A DNA stretch of 64,000 nucleotides, taken from the NCBI GenBank assembly GCA_951406725.2, contig OX597833.1:29946001-30010000 (forward strand), read 5' to 3'. The notes under the pieces are model-generated. The model had not been told where the DNA came from. It was given only the letters and a program-made list of their open reading frames with translations, and did no database searches. This document shows, in pieces, positions 27,265 to 41,549 of the stretch (the stretch's first letter is position 1; each line of letters starts with the position of its first letter). Both the position numbers and the translations under genes were made by a program. The stretch is from Octopus vulgaris. Its lineage: Eukaryota.

Positions 27265-28126
27265 TGTGAGCCAAACTGTAGAGATCCCTCATCTTCCCAC
27301 CAGTGATATATAGAAAAACGGGGCCAGAACAGGCACTGATGTCATGATTTGTCAGTGAGCTTGTTAAAAAATATATATTATCAACAAAGGCAGTATTAAT
27401 ACTAAGAGGTAATATCCTCGCTTAAACATGGATGTTCTATTAGAGCATCTTATAAATTTATGATTTATAACATTCTTATGAACTTATTAAACATAGTTTA
27501 AATAAAATGTTTACTATGGAACCATGAAGCAGTTTGAAATACAGGAAATTGTATGTTCCCCTCCTTAATATAAATTTACCCTATATAAATTGCACTGTCA
27601 CTGATCAAAGGATAGCCCAAGTTCTAAGAAGACTTGTTTGCTCCTCGGGTGTAATTTAAAAAATTTTGTTTCAGTTGGCCTCTTCATGGTTTTCAATTTA
27701 TTTATTTTTTTATAAAGGTATTTTTATTGCTAAAAGTAGGCATATTTACTGTTTCTTTCTTTTTTTTTTCCTCCTTTTTTCATGGTGCTTTACTCAGCAC
27801 AAAACATCCATTAAAACCAAACAGCTTCACGCCAATCTTTTGATTAATGAGTTTAATATCACCCCATCCACCTTCATCTCTATATGTGGAGTCAACCAGC
27901 TGGATGAAGCCAGCTATGGTGTACCACAGTTTCTTGAGATCAAATATCAAACTGGGAAAGCATCAGATGCTTATTGAAGAAAAGAGATAAATGAAGCATA
28001 AATTGATAAGTAGGGACCTAGGTTAAATAGGTAGGTAGGGTCAATTGGTAGTGTAGGGGCAGGGGAACTGGTTGGACTTTGTGTGTGTGTTTATAGACAT
28101 CTGTGGAGCAATCACACACCGCACAT

Positions 28127-28195
<69 letters not shown>

Positions 28196-30497
28196 TTCTC
28201 ATTGTCCCACAAAGAAGACTGTCTAGTTTATAAAAGAAGACAGTGAACTTAAGAGCAACTGGATATGTGTTTGTATGGATGTATGATTTATATTATTATT
28301 AGGATTATTATTTTTTAATCTATCTTAAACTCATTTATTTCTCATTTTAATGTCATTAGTTACACATTTTTCTCTGCAAACCTGAAAATTCTATTTTCCA
28401 TTCCTAGTTGGAACAAATTTCATTTGGTTTTATGTCTTTCAGCAACTCCTCCTCCAGCTCCCCCATTCCTCACCCCCCCACCTGCTTTCTACTTCTTGCT
28501 TGTACAATCTATAAGTGTACTAATGACTCTGTGTGTGTGTGTGTGAGAGAGAGAGAGTGTGTGTGTGTGTGAATCAAAACTTCCACTTGATGTTGTTCCT
28601 AATGTCCTTAAGAAGGGCATTGAACACTGCAGTCTTCATTTTCTTTCTCCTTAGCAATTTGCATTTCCATCACTATGTGAGATATAATGTGCGTGGAAAA
28701 ACACACACCCACCCTTGTGAGCATCAGATGATGATGATGATGATATAATAGCCCCAGGTCAGTATTAGTGGAGCAAACAATTTACGATCAAAGGTATTCC
28801 AGCTGTGAGAATCCTTTTTTCTTTAAAGATTATTGAGTATAACTAAAGAGACTTGACTGTTGTTTCTAACAAATAGAAAGACCATGATGTAGAGGCTCCA
28901 TTTGGCTGATATATTTAATGTCATTTTTATGGATGGGTGTGGATAGACTTACTAAACAAGCCATACACACCCATTCTACACTGATAGAAATATGGCATAA
29001 AATTAGCAGATTAAATTACTTTTTACATTAAAATACAGTTATTTTTGTTGTTGTTGCTAACCCCAGGTCAATTTGGATTTAGCTGGCCTGTTATCAAAGG
29101 TGTCCCATTTGTTACCATCTCATTTTTAGGGGTAAGGTCATGAGTTCAATTTCCAACATCACTTTGTGTTCTTGAGCAAAGGGCCAGCCTCATTACATTC
29201 TGTGTCATGCTGAGTTTCCTTGAGTACTAAGAGTATACATGTTTGTGGAGTACTCAACCATTTGTGTGTTAATTTCATGAGCACACACACACACACATGT
29301 ATGACAGGCGTCTTTCAGTTTCCACTTACCAAATTCACTCGCAAGACTTTTGTCAGCCTAGGGATGGAATACAAGATACTTGTCCATGGTACTATGCAGC
29401 AGGACTGAACCTGGCAACTATATGGTTGGGAGCAAACTTCTTACCATCAGTCAGTTTTGTACCTATGTAAGGGCAATTTGCTAAAGTGTAAGGCAGCCCA
29501 TCAGATGACTTGTGTATATTCTTTGATGTCAGTAGAATAGTTGACGCTGTTGAACTGGTCTACAGTTATTGAGATTTTTCTTCCTTTGTCCTATTAGTTG
29601 TGTAGGTTCTGCTAAAAGATCATGAATGTTTCACTTCCTCTTACTCCAATCCTGACATGGCCAATCTTTACATGAATTAGCTCAGCAGTGAGTACTGAAG
29701 ATTCTTTAATCTTACAAGTTCAAGGCATTGTTACTACAGCTGATGCTATGATAAGATGTACTCAGCACACTCTGTAAAGTGGCAAATAAGTGGAGATGAC
29801 AGGGTTTACAGGACCATTTAGTCTTGTTGGGGAAATGGTAACCTCTTTAGTGCTGGTGCTATAAAATACACCCAGTACATTATATTACTGTTCAGAAAGG
29901 CATCAAGCTATAGAAATTGTGCCTAAAAGGGAAATGTATAAGACTTGATCCTCTGACTTCTGTTGGAGGACAGTAACTCTGATTAAAGAATTGATTCAGA
30001 AGCAAGCAAAAATTGAACAGGAGAGGGTAGTGGTGATGAGAATTAGGATGAGTTGTAATGTTTAAGTCTTTACTTTAAAACATTGGCAGGGTGAGTGAAG
30101 TAAAAAGAGTTTTCCCATTTGGAACTTAAACCATATGACATACATCAAGTGAATGAAAGGTAAATGTTTGCCAACCTCATCTCACATTCTGGAATGGAAA
30201 CCGAATCTTAGGTCACCAAAAGTTTACCTTCTCTGTTCTATAAGGTGTAGATGAGTAGCAAAATCTACTTTAGGCTTAAACTAAGTTGCTGTGAAGCAGC
30301 TGTGGCTGGCTGGAAACTATTTAATGGTAATTTGGCTGCCATAAATCATTCCTTTTGCCTAGCTAAACTTCTTCAATTCAATGGCTCACTGATGCTTTCC
30401 ACTTTTCTGGCCTAGTTTCTATTTTTTTTTAATTAGATGACATTTCTAGATTATGCATGTATGTGTGTATATGTATATATCATGTGTGTGTGTGTGT

Positions 30498-30536
<39 letters not shown>

Positions 30537-30956
30537 GTATATATATGTGTATATATATTGGTGCAGATGTGGCTGTCTGGTAAAGAAGCTTGCTTCCCAA
30601 CCAAGATGCATGTTATCTTAGGCAAGTGTCTTCCTATGAAAGCCTTATAAGTGGATTTGGCAGGCAAAATCTGTAAGAGACCCCATCACATGTGTGTGTG
30701 CCCCACTACTGATGTTGGCATGTTTATATCCCTGTAACTGAGTTGTCCAGCAACAGAGACCAATAGAATAAGTGCCAGGCTTAATGAAAGATAAGCACTG
30801 GAGTTGATCCGTCCAAGTAAAAATTCTTCAAGGTGGTGCCCCTGCATGGCCACAGTCTAATGACTGATACAAGTAAAAGATATATATATATATATATCAC
30901 ACACACACACTTACAGATAGGCACAAAAATAAATACATTATATATATATATATATG

Positions 30957-31215
30957 TCTGGCACCTGTGTCGGTGGCACATAAAAAACACCATCCGAGCG
31001 TGGCCGTTTGCCAGCCTCGTCTGGCACCTGTGTCGGTGGCACATAAAATCACCCACTACACTCTCGGAGTGGTTGGCGTTAGGAAGGGCATCCAGCTGTA
31101 GAAACACTGCCAGATCTGACTGGACTGGTGCAGCTTTCGGGCTCCCCAGACCCCAGTTGAACCGTCCAACCCATGCTAGCATGGAAAGCGGACGTTAAAT
31201 GATGATGATGATGAT
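30957..31215 (+). mobile_element. RTE LINE 3' UTR fragment ending in (GAT)n
   Basis: Homologous to the 3' UTR at 58880-59310. Further copies at 24470-24628 (+), 35312-35605 (-), 41775-42140 (+), 54348-54535 (+) and about 270-460 (+). Confidence 0.8.
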
Positions 31216-31788
31216 GTATATATATATGTATGTATGTATGTATTTGCTCATTTATAGGTTTCAGTTATTGGACTGTGGCCATGCTGGGGCACTTAAATTT
31301 ACTCAACAATATTGAGCCTAATTTATATATAGCTCCTCTGAAATGAATATTTTGGATGTCAACATATATTGGTGAATGGTTAAAACGATGGACTAGAAAT
31401 CTGTTAGGGTTGTAATCTTATTGGTAATGCACACATTTTATGGCATGAGCATGACTGTGTGGTTAAGAATCTCCCTTGCAGTAGCACAGTCTCAGGCTCA
31501 ATTGCATTGTGCAAAACCTTGTGCAAATGTTCTTCTACTATAGCCCTAGGCACACCAATATCTTATGAGTGGATTTCAAAACTATGTATGTGTATGAAAT
31601 AATAGTTTCAGTTTTAATAGCGAATCTATTAATACTTTTACTATGTATATATGTGTGTGTGTGTGTATGTATGTATATATATATGTATGTGTGTGTGTAT
31701 ATATATATATATGTGTGTGTGTGTGTATGTGTGTATATATATATATTATATATTTTTATGTCTATATATATGCATATGGATGTATATA

Positions 31789-31848
<60 letters not shown>

Positions 31849-32260
31849 TTCATATATAAGTTTAGATTCAAATGAATATGGTACTTAATTTAGATGCACC
31901 AGAATTCTGTATGGTGTTATCCATATAAATCCGTGGGGTGATTATAATCAAAATAAGCAACAAGAATGACTCCAGTAACTTGGTACGATCGTTTTGTACT
32001 ACATCATTTTATTAAATGTTGTAAGTATTACAACAGTTTCAAAATGCTGAGCACTCATCAGCCATTAATAGAGGTTTTCCATTAATACAAAAATTTCCCT
32101 ATCAAGTGGCAACATTATAGAGAAGGTAGATATATAGACAAAGATGTGGATTTAAATTTTAAGAACATATGAGGTAGTGGAGCCCATCAACTGACTGACT
32201 AAGATTCAGTTGTTCCAGACTACAAGTAGTTTACTTACATATATATATATATATATATAT

Positions 32261-33204
<944 letters not shown>

Positions 33205-33224
33205 TATATATATATACATATATA

Positions 33225-34031
33225 TCTCTCTATATAAAACTGAAATGTGTTTTTACCGCTTGGTTCGTTTTCAATGCCACTACGTCCAGTCTGATTCGCT
33301 CCAAAATTTACAGGGACATGTAGAATGAGGTGACGATGCCCGTGGGCTACCTTAGAAATCCCTATCTTAAAAGATGTGGTTGCTAGGGGCCATCTTCCTC
33401 ACTCACGCTATTTCCTCCATTCCCCCTCTAACTCCCCTTCATCATAACTTTGACAAGTCCACTCCCGTTATTTAATGTAAAGTCTTCCTAAACTCACTCT
33501 CGCTATTTCCTCTCTTTTTCACTCACTCTTTCCTACCTTCCCATCACTTCGGCTTTCTTTTATGTATCTGTCTGTCACCAACAACACACGAGCATGAGAA
33601 CAAATATTATGAATCAGATGTTCTTGCGTTCATTTATATATATGTGTGTGTGTGTGTGTTCTATATATAAATACGTATATATAATGTATGTGTGTGTGTG
33701 TGTGTGTGTGTTCTATATATAAATATGTATATATAATGTATATATACAAAGTGTGTATATCTGTATTTATGTATATTAAACTTTTTCATACTTTTACATA
33801 GTTATATATATTTTTAAACAAATTATAAATATAATTTAATAATTTTTATTTTCAATTTAAATAATTTAAATTTTTCAATTTTATATTTTATATATTTTCT
33901 ATATTATTTTTTTTTTTTAATCTTTTTGTTTTTGGTTTTTCACTGTTTGATTTGCCTATTAGTGGTTTTATCTCTAATTTAATCTATACACATATATATC
34001 TCATTTGTATACATTTGTATATATAATGCGT

Positions 34032-34068
<37 letters not shown>

Positions 34069-35290
34069 TATATATATATATATATATATAGGCGCAGGAG
34101 TGGCTGTGTGGTAAGTAGCTTGCTAACCAACCACATGGTTCCGGGTTCAGTCCCACTGCGTGGCATCTTGGGCAAGTGTCTTCTGCTATAGCCCCGGGCC
34201 GACCAATGCCTTGTGAGTGGATTTGGTAGACGGAAACTGAAAGAAGCCTGTCGTATATATGTATATATATATATGTGTGTGTTTGTGTGTCTGTTTGTCC
34301 CCCTAGCATCGCTTGACAACCGATGCTGGTGTGTTTACGTCCCCGTCACTTAGCGGTTCGGCAAAAGAGACCGATAGAATAAGTACTGGGCTTATAAAGA
34401 ATAAGTCCCGGGGTCGATTTGCTCGATTAAAGGCGGTGCTCCAGCATGGCCGCAGTCAAATGACTGAAACAAGTAAAAGAGAAAAAGAGAAAGAGATATA
34501 ATGTGTGCATTACGTAGTCGGTCGATTCAGCTGAAAATATGCACACCTATGTTAAAAGTGCTGGCAAGTTTGCATGACAACTATTTTTTCCTCAAATGAA
34601 AGGCGTCACCTCTAGGACAAAATTCCTCATCTTATAAAATGTGGCCCCAGTAGACCAGAATAAAATCGGGTTATATTAACCAATATGTGAAAGGGGTATA
34701 AATGGGGCTGGAAGGGGATTAAAATTTAAAGGAGCGAGTGTTTAGGAATTCTCTGTTACATCAAGCTAAAAGATTTGCGCCAGCCTTTTAATCGTCAATG
34801 TGTTGCCGTCCATGATAAAGAAGTTTTGAATGCTTGCTTTGGTGAGTCTACTGTCGTGAGAAAGAATCACTTCAAAACTTGGTGTTTACGAATTTTCTTT
34901 TACATCAAGTTCAAAATTTTACGCCAGCCGTTAAACTGTCAATACGTTGCTGTCCGTCGTTAAGAAATGCCAGCCATGGTGACTCTACTGTCCTCAGATT
35001 CTATCCCTTCAAACTTTGCTTTCCAATATTTTATTATTTTTATTCAGCTCGCAAGTTCGTCTGTCCCTTTTAAATGTTAGCGTTTTGCTGTCTGCCTTGA
35101 AGCAGACCTTTCCGTTGTCACTGCCTGATATTTATGATTGATCTTTCTAAATATTTTATTTCTCAACTTACTCAAGATCTTTTGTTGTTTATAAATGGGA
35201 GAGAGATAGATAAAGATAGAGAGTAAGAGAAAGCGAGGGAGAGTCCGAGAGAAAAGAAAAGTAAGAGTGGGAAAGTGAGAGAGAAAGGAG
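33225..35290 (+). mobile_element. Probable non-autonomous Helitron (5' end), interrupted by a SINE, with an internal ~140-bp tandem repeat
   Basis: 5' terminus a|TCtctctatataaaactgaaatgt. Diverged tandem units at about 34740-35130. No 3' CTAG end identified, so the extent is uncertain. Confidence 0.4.
34091..34495 (+). mobile_element. Young full-length tRNA-derived SINE
   Basis: ggcgcaggagtggctgtgtggtaag (A box) ... gggttcagtccc (B box), central TA/TG microsatellite, tail gactgaaacaagtaaaagagaaaaagag. It sits directly after a TA run. Confidence 0.9.
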
Positions 35291-35623
35291 AGAGAAACAA
35301 AGAGGGGGAATCATCATCATCATCATCATCGTTTAACGTCCGTTTTCCGTCCTAGCATGGGTTGGACAGTTTGACAGGGGTCTGGGAAGCCAGGAGGCTG
35401 CACCAGGATCCAGTCTGATCTGGCAGTGTTTCTACAGGTAGATGGCCTTCCTAATGCCAACCACTCTGTGAGTGTAGTGGGTGCTTTTTTCGTACCACCA
35501 GCACAGGTGCCATGGGGGCTGGCAACGGCAACGATTGGTTGGTGCTTTTTACCTGCCACCGGCACAGAAGCAAGTCAAGGCAGCGCTGCAATCGGCCATG
35601 TTCGGATATATATGTACATACAT

Positions 35624-35664
<41 letters not shown>

Positions 35665-35731
35665 CTTTGATACTTTGATACTTTTCGGCCATTATTGGCC
35701 CAGGCCATGTCTAACTTAATAGCACCACCTG

Positions 35732-35845
<114 letters not shown>

Positions 35846-35875
35846 ACATATATATATATACATATATATATATAC

Positions 35876-35933
<58 letters not shown>

Positions 35934-35937
<4 letters not shown>

Positions 35938-36268
35938 ACCCCCTTCGGTCATGAATGACCATGGGATTGCACCTAGAAAGTTAACCTCCTAGACACAAGT
36001 CTGGGCAAGGTTGTTTATGGAAGACCAGCAGTCGCCCATGCATACCAGCCTCCCTCTCCACGCCACCAGTGTTATCCAAGGGAAAGACAAAGGTCGATAC
36101 AGCTTGGCACCAGTGACGTCGCAACTCATTTCTACAGCTGAGTGAACTGGAGCAACGTGAAATAAAGTGCCTTGCTCAAGAACACAACACCCAGCCCGGT
36201 CCGGGATTCGAGCTCACAACCTCACGATCGTAAGCTCGACGCTCTAACCACTGAGCCATGCGCCTTCA
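35934..36268 (-). mobile_element. tRNA-derived SINE with CORE-like central domain
   Basis: Minus-strand head gaaggcgcatggctcagtggttagagcg...gagctcgaatccc followed by ttgagcaaggcactttatttcacgttgctccagttcactcagctgtagaaatgag. Flanked by TA arrays. Confidence 0.8.
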
Positions 36269-37100
<832 letters not shown>

Positions 37101-37568
37101 CTGCCTTTCGCATCAAGTAGTTGGCGTGACCACACGTATGTGTTTGTACTCCGTTTGCCTTCAGGCACTTGTTCCACAGCCAGCCTATACTGAACTCGTC
37201 CTGTCGAAAGACGCTTGTCCTGACGTCCTGGTCTTGTTATTATTGTTTTTACGTTATTGTGTATTCTTATCCGTGCTATCGTTATTGTTTTTACGTATTT
37301 TTGAATTTTTTTGGAGTAACATCGTCCATTTTTCCGTCACCGTGTTGTATACTTTCGAGGTTTTCTTCCAAGGAATCTAATGCGACTGGCTTAGATTTCC
37401 TTGGCGGGCTGCCCAGATTGGAGCAATCTCAAGATTAATCAGCCGAAATTGCGAAGATGATCTGGTTCTTGACTGATGACTGAGAGCTTCGAAAGTCCCG
37501 TCTGTGTGTTTTTCTGTCGTCTTCAAAATGTTTCACGTTCTTGTCCCAGTTTGTGTTTTTTTTAACGT
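37101..37568 (+). mobile_element. (TA)n-flanked ribozyme-bearing module (family Z)
   Basis: The 3' ~135 bp recur at 37706-37833 (-) and 45799-45932 (+). Internal hairpin ccaaggaatctaa/ttagatttccttgg. Confidence 0.7.
37423..37483 (+). ncRNA. Non-circularly permuted hammerhead motif (family Z)
   Basis: GCAA-TC-TCAAGA-ttaa-TCAGcc-GAAA-TTGC-[14 nt]-TCTTGA-CTGATGA-CTGA. Stems I and III are perfect and flush with the core. Stem II is 4 bp with two unpaired C. Confidence 0.7.
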
Positions 37569-37588
37569 TTACATATATATATATATAC

Positions 37589-37701
<113 letters not shown>

Positions 37702-37705
37702 ATGT

Positions 37706-37833
37706 AAAAAAATACAAACTGTGACAAGAACGCATAACACTTAGAAGACGATACAACAAACACAGACAGGACATTCGAAGCCCTCAGTCTTCAGTCAAGA
37801 ACCGGATCATCGTAGTAATTTCGGCTGATCAAT
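37706..37833 (-). mobile_element. Family Z 3' fragment, tail-to-tail with 37101-37568 across a TA array
   Basis: Reverse complement attgatcagccGAAAttactacgatgatccggttcttgaCTGAAGActga... Confidence 0.75.
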
Positions 37834-37934
37834 ATATATATACATCTATATATATTGTATTGTTTGTGTGTTGCGTGTGTGAGTGTGCTTCGTGTGTGTG
37901 GGCGTGCTTCGTGTGTGTGCGTGCGTATGTATAC

Positions 37935-39850
37935 ATACATACAAACACACACGCATGCATCCCTACCCACATACATACAAACACACACGCATGCATCCAT
38001 CTACCCACATACATACACACACACACACTTACACACACACACACACACATACCTACACACACACACACATACATACATACTTAAGACATACTCACACACA
38101 GACATACACCCATACACTCACACTCACACGCATACACACACACACATATACACGCACATGTACACACATACACACACCTACATACATACATTACACTTGT
38201 ACACACACACACTTACATTCATACATACACACACCTACACAGCCATGCCTTCACTCATACATACACACATACCTACATACACACACAAACACACACAGAC
38301 ACACACCCATACATACATACACCTATACACACACGCCTACACACATACATAAACACACACACACATACACATACGCACACACACATATACTTACACACAT
38401 GCACACACACACACACACATACATACATACACCCATACACATACACACACACATACTTACATACTCCTATACGCACATACATACACACAGACACACTCAC
38501 ACATACATACACACACACATACTTACACACACACTCGCCTGCACGCACACACACATGCATGACACACACTGACACACACCCATACACTCACACTCACATA
38601 CACACACACACGTACACGCACACACACACACGTACACTCCCACACACATACATACGCACCTACATACACACACAAACGCATACACACGCACACACACGCA
38701 TATATACATATATTACATACGTACACATACGTACACACACACCTACATACACATACACACCCACAAACATACACGGACACACCCATACATACACACACAC
38801 ACACATACACCTATACACACATATGCATACACACACACACATGTACGCACATACACACACATATACGCACATACATATATACTTACACACATGCACACAC
38901 ACACACACATACATACGCACATGCATGCATGCACACGCGCACACCTACACGCAGGCATACATGCATACACACACACGCACGCACACATACATACATACAC
39001 ACACACATACATACACCCACACACATACACACATCAAGTACACACATACATACACACTCACACATACACACACACACACTTACTCGCATGCACGGGCACA
39101 CACATGCACATACACACACTTCCACACATACACACATACACACTCATACACATACACACACATACACACGGACATACATCCATACACACACATACTTACA
39201 CACATTCAATTGGACACACTGACACCCAGACATACACACAGACACTCACACATCCACACACACACATACTTACACACACACTCGCAGGTGCGCGCACATA
39301 CATGCATGTGCACGTTCGCGCACTCATACCCGCATGCATGCACCACGCCCGTGGGTTCCGACTAGATCTCTTGTTTGTATCTGGGGCTGGCGTGTTTCTT
39401 GGGTTCTCTTATGCCTGTCTCCACGGGAGCACTTTTCCATCTTTCCCTCAGTTGCAGTTTGTTTCCTTAATACCCCCACCTTTTGTACACACACGCACAC
39501 ACATACATACACCCACTCCCACGCACTCACACACACACATTTGCATATATATATATAAATTACACTTACACGCACTTCAAATTTACTTGCCATACATACA
39601 ACTACGCACACTGGACACACATACTACTCTCAACACGCACATGGCACTTACATACGCCCCCACCCATTCCCTCCCTCCTCTTTTTACCACTGACCACTGA
39701 CTTGCTACTGCTATGTCAACTACCTTCCGCCCTACCTACACACACTTACATACAGACGCATGCACTAACATATACATATAATTTTTTTATCTCGCCTTAC
39801 ACACACATACACACACACACACACGTACACACTCACACATACATACCCAT
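37935..39850. repeat. Long degenerate (CA)n/(CATA)n low-complexity tract
   Basis: About 1.9 kb of ca/cata/cacg units with a unique island at 39345-39480. Confidence 0.9.
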
Positions 39851-40044
39851 TATTCTTCTATACATACACATCATTCTTTCCACTCTTGTTACCAACCTTC
39901 CTTTTTTCACTCTTTTGTCTTTAAAAACCAGCCCTTGTTATCCAAAACTTCCGGCCTTTCAGCATGTTTACTTCGTAAAAACCTGTGGCGTTTTTTTTCC
40001 ATCTGTTCGCCCACCTCGGGATCTTTCTTTCTTCCTTCTCTTAT

Positions 40045-40079
40045 GTTTCCGACGAAGAGCTCCGCTCGAAACGTCATAC
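40045..40079 (+). ncRNA. Minimal type I hammerhead motif, Penelope-type (U4C, extra A, ACGU stem III)
   Basis: GTTT-CCGACGA-A-GAGC-tcc-GCTC-GAAA-CG-TC-ATAC. Confidence 0.7.
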
Positions 40080-40168
40080 CCTCCTTCTTCCCTCTTTCCT
40101 GAGGGCCTAATAATAATACTTTAATTGTTCCACGTGTTGTTGTTTTTTCTGTTTTCCTGTTTGGATTA

Positions 40169-40222
<54 letters not shown>

Positions 40223-40481
40223 CATATGATTGATTGATTGATTGATTGATTCTAGTTTCAGCTCATGAGCTGTGGCCATGCTGGGGCACCGCCATTTGGT
40301 ATTGCTACTTGGTTTTACTTCACGAAAGCTTTTTAGCAACTGCCATTTAGTGCATGAGAGAGTTCGATGCAGCTGCCCTCATCTGCACCTCCTGCCGTGA
40401 AGTTGGTTCATCTGGGACACCTGACAGGAAGAGATCCAGTTTCATTTTAAAGACATCTGCATCCACCCCAATCAATCAATC

Positions 40482-40513
<32 letters not shown>

Positions 40514-40604
40514 TTGCTTTTTTTACCATTTTTTACCCCTCTGCGAAAAGATCTCAGAATTTTAATTGATTTGCTTTTCGCAGGAAGGAAGTTTCTTCGA
40601 AGTA

Positions 40605-40668
40605 TACGTCTCGCTTTTATCCTTCGAAACGTAGAGTAGATGAAACCTTAGCGACTGAAGAAGGGGAT
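40605..40668 (+). ncRNA. Non-circularly permuted hammerhead motif (family X, copy 1); predicted cleavage after C40610 (GUC)
   Basis: TACG-TC-TCGCT-ttt-ATCCTTC-GAAA-CGTA-[16 nt]-AGCGA-CTGAAGA-AGGGGAT. Stem III TACGT/ACGTA, stem I TCGCT/AGCGA, stem II ATCCTT/GGGGAT. Confidence 0.78.
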
Positions 40669-41485
40669 TTTTCGTTGTGCTTATTGTCCTGTATCTCTTT
40701 TTTTCTTTTTGCTTGTCCTGTTCCTTGGTTTGTGTCTATGTTTTTCGTCTCTCTATGTGTTCGACGTCTTTTTGGTGTCCTGTACACATATATGCGTGTA
40801 TATGTACATGTAGAGGTAGGTACGTACATATATGTTTATATATATGCATATGTTCTATTTTATTAACATATGATACGACTAAACGCACGCACCCTATTAA
40901 GTAAGATTGTTCTGTTTATCAAGTTAGCCTTGATATTAACTCTCACGCGACTCTGCATCTTTCTTTCTTTCTCTCCCATTCCCTTTTTCGTCCTTTTTCC
41001 CTCACTTAACTTGTCTCTTCCTCTCTCTCTCATTCTTCATTCTCTCTCTCCCCCTCACCATTCTTCATGGTCTCCTCGCACCATTCCCCTTCTTCTCTCT
41101 CTTCCTCTTGCTCCTCCTCCCCCATTCCCGTCGTCCATCTGCGACGATACTTCCGTCGTAACTGCTATCCTGTCTTTTCTCGCCCGCCTTCTAAGGCCAC
41201 TGGTCGACATTCTTTCTCTCTCGTCGTCCACTATAATCCAGCGTTTGCATTACTTTTTTCGTCTGGCGTAAACAGCCCTTCTTATCTTGTTCTCCTTGTC
41301 CTGTCTCTCACTGTTATATATTTATTTTTCAACTGTTTATATATAATTTTTTTTTTTTTTTTACTGTTTATATGTTTGTACTGTCGTTACCGTCTTGCTT
41401 TTTTTACCATTTTTTACCCCTCTGCGAAAAGATCTCAGAATTTTAATTGATTTGCTTTTCACAGGAAGGAAGTTTCTTCGAAGTA

Positions 41486-41549
41486 TACGTCTCGCTTTTA
41501 TCCTTCGAAACGTAGAGTAGATGAAACCTTAGCGACTGAAGAAGGGGAT
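41486..41549 (+). ncRNA. Non-circularly permuted hammerhead motif (family X, copy 2); predicted cleavage after C41491
   Basis: Identical to 40605-40668. Confidence 0.78.

Noticed and set aside
28435-28530. Pro-rich candidate exon after tctttcag
   Set aside because: Low-complexity C-rich sequence running into a GT microsatellite with no good donor.
32025-32070. Hammerhead-like CTGATGA-GTGCtcaGCAT-ttt-GAAA on the minus strand
   Set aside because: Stem I and stem III do not pair. At best a decayed relative of 24675-24742.
34091-34170. tRNA genes at SINE heads (also 36190-36268 and 44850-44895)
   Set aside because: A and B boxes are present but there is no complete cloverleaf, and each is fused to a repeated SINE body.
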